Shown here piece after piece: positions 5,145 to 5,968 of a stretch of 5,968 nucleotides of DNA (within the stretch, counting starts at the first letter, position 1; the number at the start of each line of letters is the position of its first letter). The position numbers were made by a program, and so were the translations under genes. Source of the stretch: a virus (lineage: Duplodnaviria > Heunggongvirae > Uroviricota > Caudoviricetes). The notes under the pieces are model-generated. The model had not been told where the DNA came from. It searched no databases and saw only the letters and a list, made by a program, of their open reading frames with translations. The DNA lies in the IMG/VR virus record IMGVR_UViG_2778261214_000006; one strand, given 5' to 3'.

Positions 5145-5834
5145 ATGAATACCCAATATTTACAGTATGTTCGTGAGCAACTTATGGCAGCTACTGCTGA
5201 CTTGAACGGAGCAACGAAAGGCCAGCTCGAAGCCTGGCAGGAGCATGCACAATTTGATACTGGTACATACAAACGAAAGAAGCCGCGCATTCTGGATGTG
5301 GTAACTGGCAAGATGATTACGCTGGATAATACGCCGACTTCCGGTAAGCAGTCGTACGCAAAAGGTTCATCCATTGCTTTGGTCAGCCCGGTTGAATTCT
5401 CAACCTCTTCATGGCGCCGCGCGGTTTTGTCTCTCGATGAACATCAGAAAGCATGGTTGCTTTGGTGTTACAGCGAAAGCGTTCGATGGGGGCATCAGGT
5501 CACCATAACGCAATGGGCATGGAGCGAGTTTAAAGATTTGTTAAGTAACAGAAAAATTGCAGGTAAGACACTGGATCGCCTGAAGACGTTAATCTGGCTG
5601 GCTGCACAGGATGTGAAGAGCGAACTTGCAGGGCGTGAGGCCTATGAATACCAGACACTGGCATCATTGGTGGGAGTGACAACAAAAAACTGGTCCGAGA
5701 CATTTACTGAACGCTGGGTTGCAATGAAGCACATTTTTCTACAGCTTGATAGTGATGCTTTATTGCTTGTGACGAGAACACGTTCAAAACAAAAGGCAGC
5801 ATTTTTACAGCAAAATATTGCAAAACTGGATTAA
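5145..5834 (+). CDS. Late-gene antitermination protein Q of the non-lambda (QuuQ/82-like) family
   Basis: 229-aa ORF from ATG 5145, with AAAGGA 8 nt upstream. The ORF track extends to GTG 5061, but that start lacks an SD. The product (MNTQYLQYVREQL...EFSTSSWRRAVLSL...WLLWCY...TQWAWSEF...LQQNIAKLD) resembles Qin-prophage QuuQ-type Q proteins as I recall them and lacks the Cys4 zinc finger of lambda Q. A strong promoter and terminator lie immediately downstream, as expected for Q. Confidence 0.65.
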   Translation: MNTQYLQYVREQLMAATADLNGATKGQLEAWQEHAQFDTGTYKRKKPRILDVVTGKMITLDNTPTSGKQSYAKGSSIALVSPVEFSTSSWRRAVLSLDEHQKAWLLWCYSESVRWGHQVTITQWAWSEFKDLLSNRKIAGKTLDRLKTLIWLAAQDVKSELAGREAYEYQTLASLVGVTTKNWSETFTERWVAMKHIFLQLDSDALLLVTRTRSKQKAAFLQQNIAKLD

Positions 5835-5846
5835 AAGCCATATACT
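5818..5846 (+). promoter_or_regulatory. pR'-like late promoter (sigma70)
   Basis: TTGCAA (5818-5823), a 17-nt spacer, then TATACT (5841-5846): a near-consensus -35/-10 pair overlapping the last codons of Q. The predicted start site is near 5853. Confidence 0.55.
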
Positions 5847-5857
5847 TCATGCAAATT

Positions 5858-5866
5858 TGGTATGTT
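5858..5866 (+). promoter_or_regulatory. Extended -10-like element in the initially transcribed region (candidate sigma-dependent pause / Q-engagement site)
   Basis: TGgTATGTT at 5858-5866, i.e. TGn followed by a -10-like hexamer at about +9 to +14 of the predicted pR' transcript. In lambdoid late promoters such elements hold sigma70 to create the pause at which Q loads. Confidence 0.35.
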
Positions 5867-5882
5867 GTAAAAAATGTATAAA

Positions 5883-5906
5883 CCCGCTGCCGAGTGGGTT
5901 TTTTTT
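5883..5906 (+). terminator. Rho-independent terminator (tR'-like), about 30-50 nt downstream of the predicted pR' start
   Basis: Stem CCCGCT (5883-5888) / AGTGGG (5893-5898, with one G-U pair) around a GCCG tetraloop, followed by T8 (5899-5906). Confidence 0.6.
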
Positions 5907-5968
5907 ATGCCCTGAGTTGTACTTGTACGGTAAACATGCTGGCTGCTATGTAATAGAGTTTTTTTAGC

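Noticed and set aside
5138-5374. Minus-strand 78-aa ORF antisense to Q
   Set aside because: Antisense to a gene with strong contextual support; no start signals.
5907-5968. Possible start of late genes or a tRNA after the terminator
   Set aside because: Only about 60 nt remain. No tRNA-like acceptor or anticodon structure and no ORF start with an RBS could be established by eye.

Overview
This window reads as the right-hand early region of a lambdoid (lambda/P22/82-like) enterobacterial prophage, from the ren/nin boundary to the late promoter. All calls rest on reading the sequence and on remembered protein families; no database search was run. The + strand carries a translationally coupled operon: ren-like 3' remnant, strong intrinsic terminator, an unknown acidic ORF, ninB, ninE, a NinX-like ORF, ninF, a Rha/ANT antirepressor, a ybcO-like gene, rusA, ninH, and a 29-codon stub that matches the N-terminus of lambda-type Q. 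The operon is then interrupted by a visibly AT-rich, opposite-strand accessory gene encoding a 319-aa outer-membrane beta-barrel that I interpret as an LpxR-like lipid A 3'-O-deacylase. Downstream is a second, intact Q antiterminator of a different family, followed by a near-consensus sigma70 promoter (pR'-like), a -10-like pause element and an intrinsic terminator about 50 nt later. The most interesting aspects are the mosaic Q replacement and the lipid A-modifying gene sitting antisense between the early operon and Q. No tRNA, rRNA, CRISPR array or IS element was recognised.
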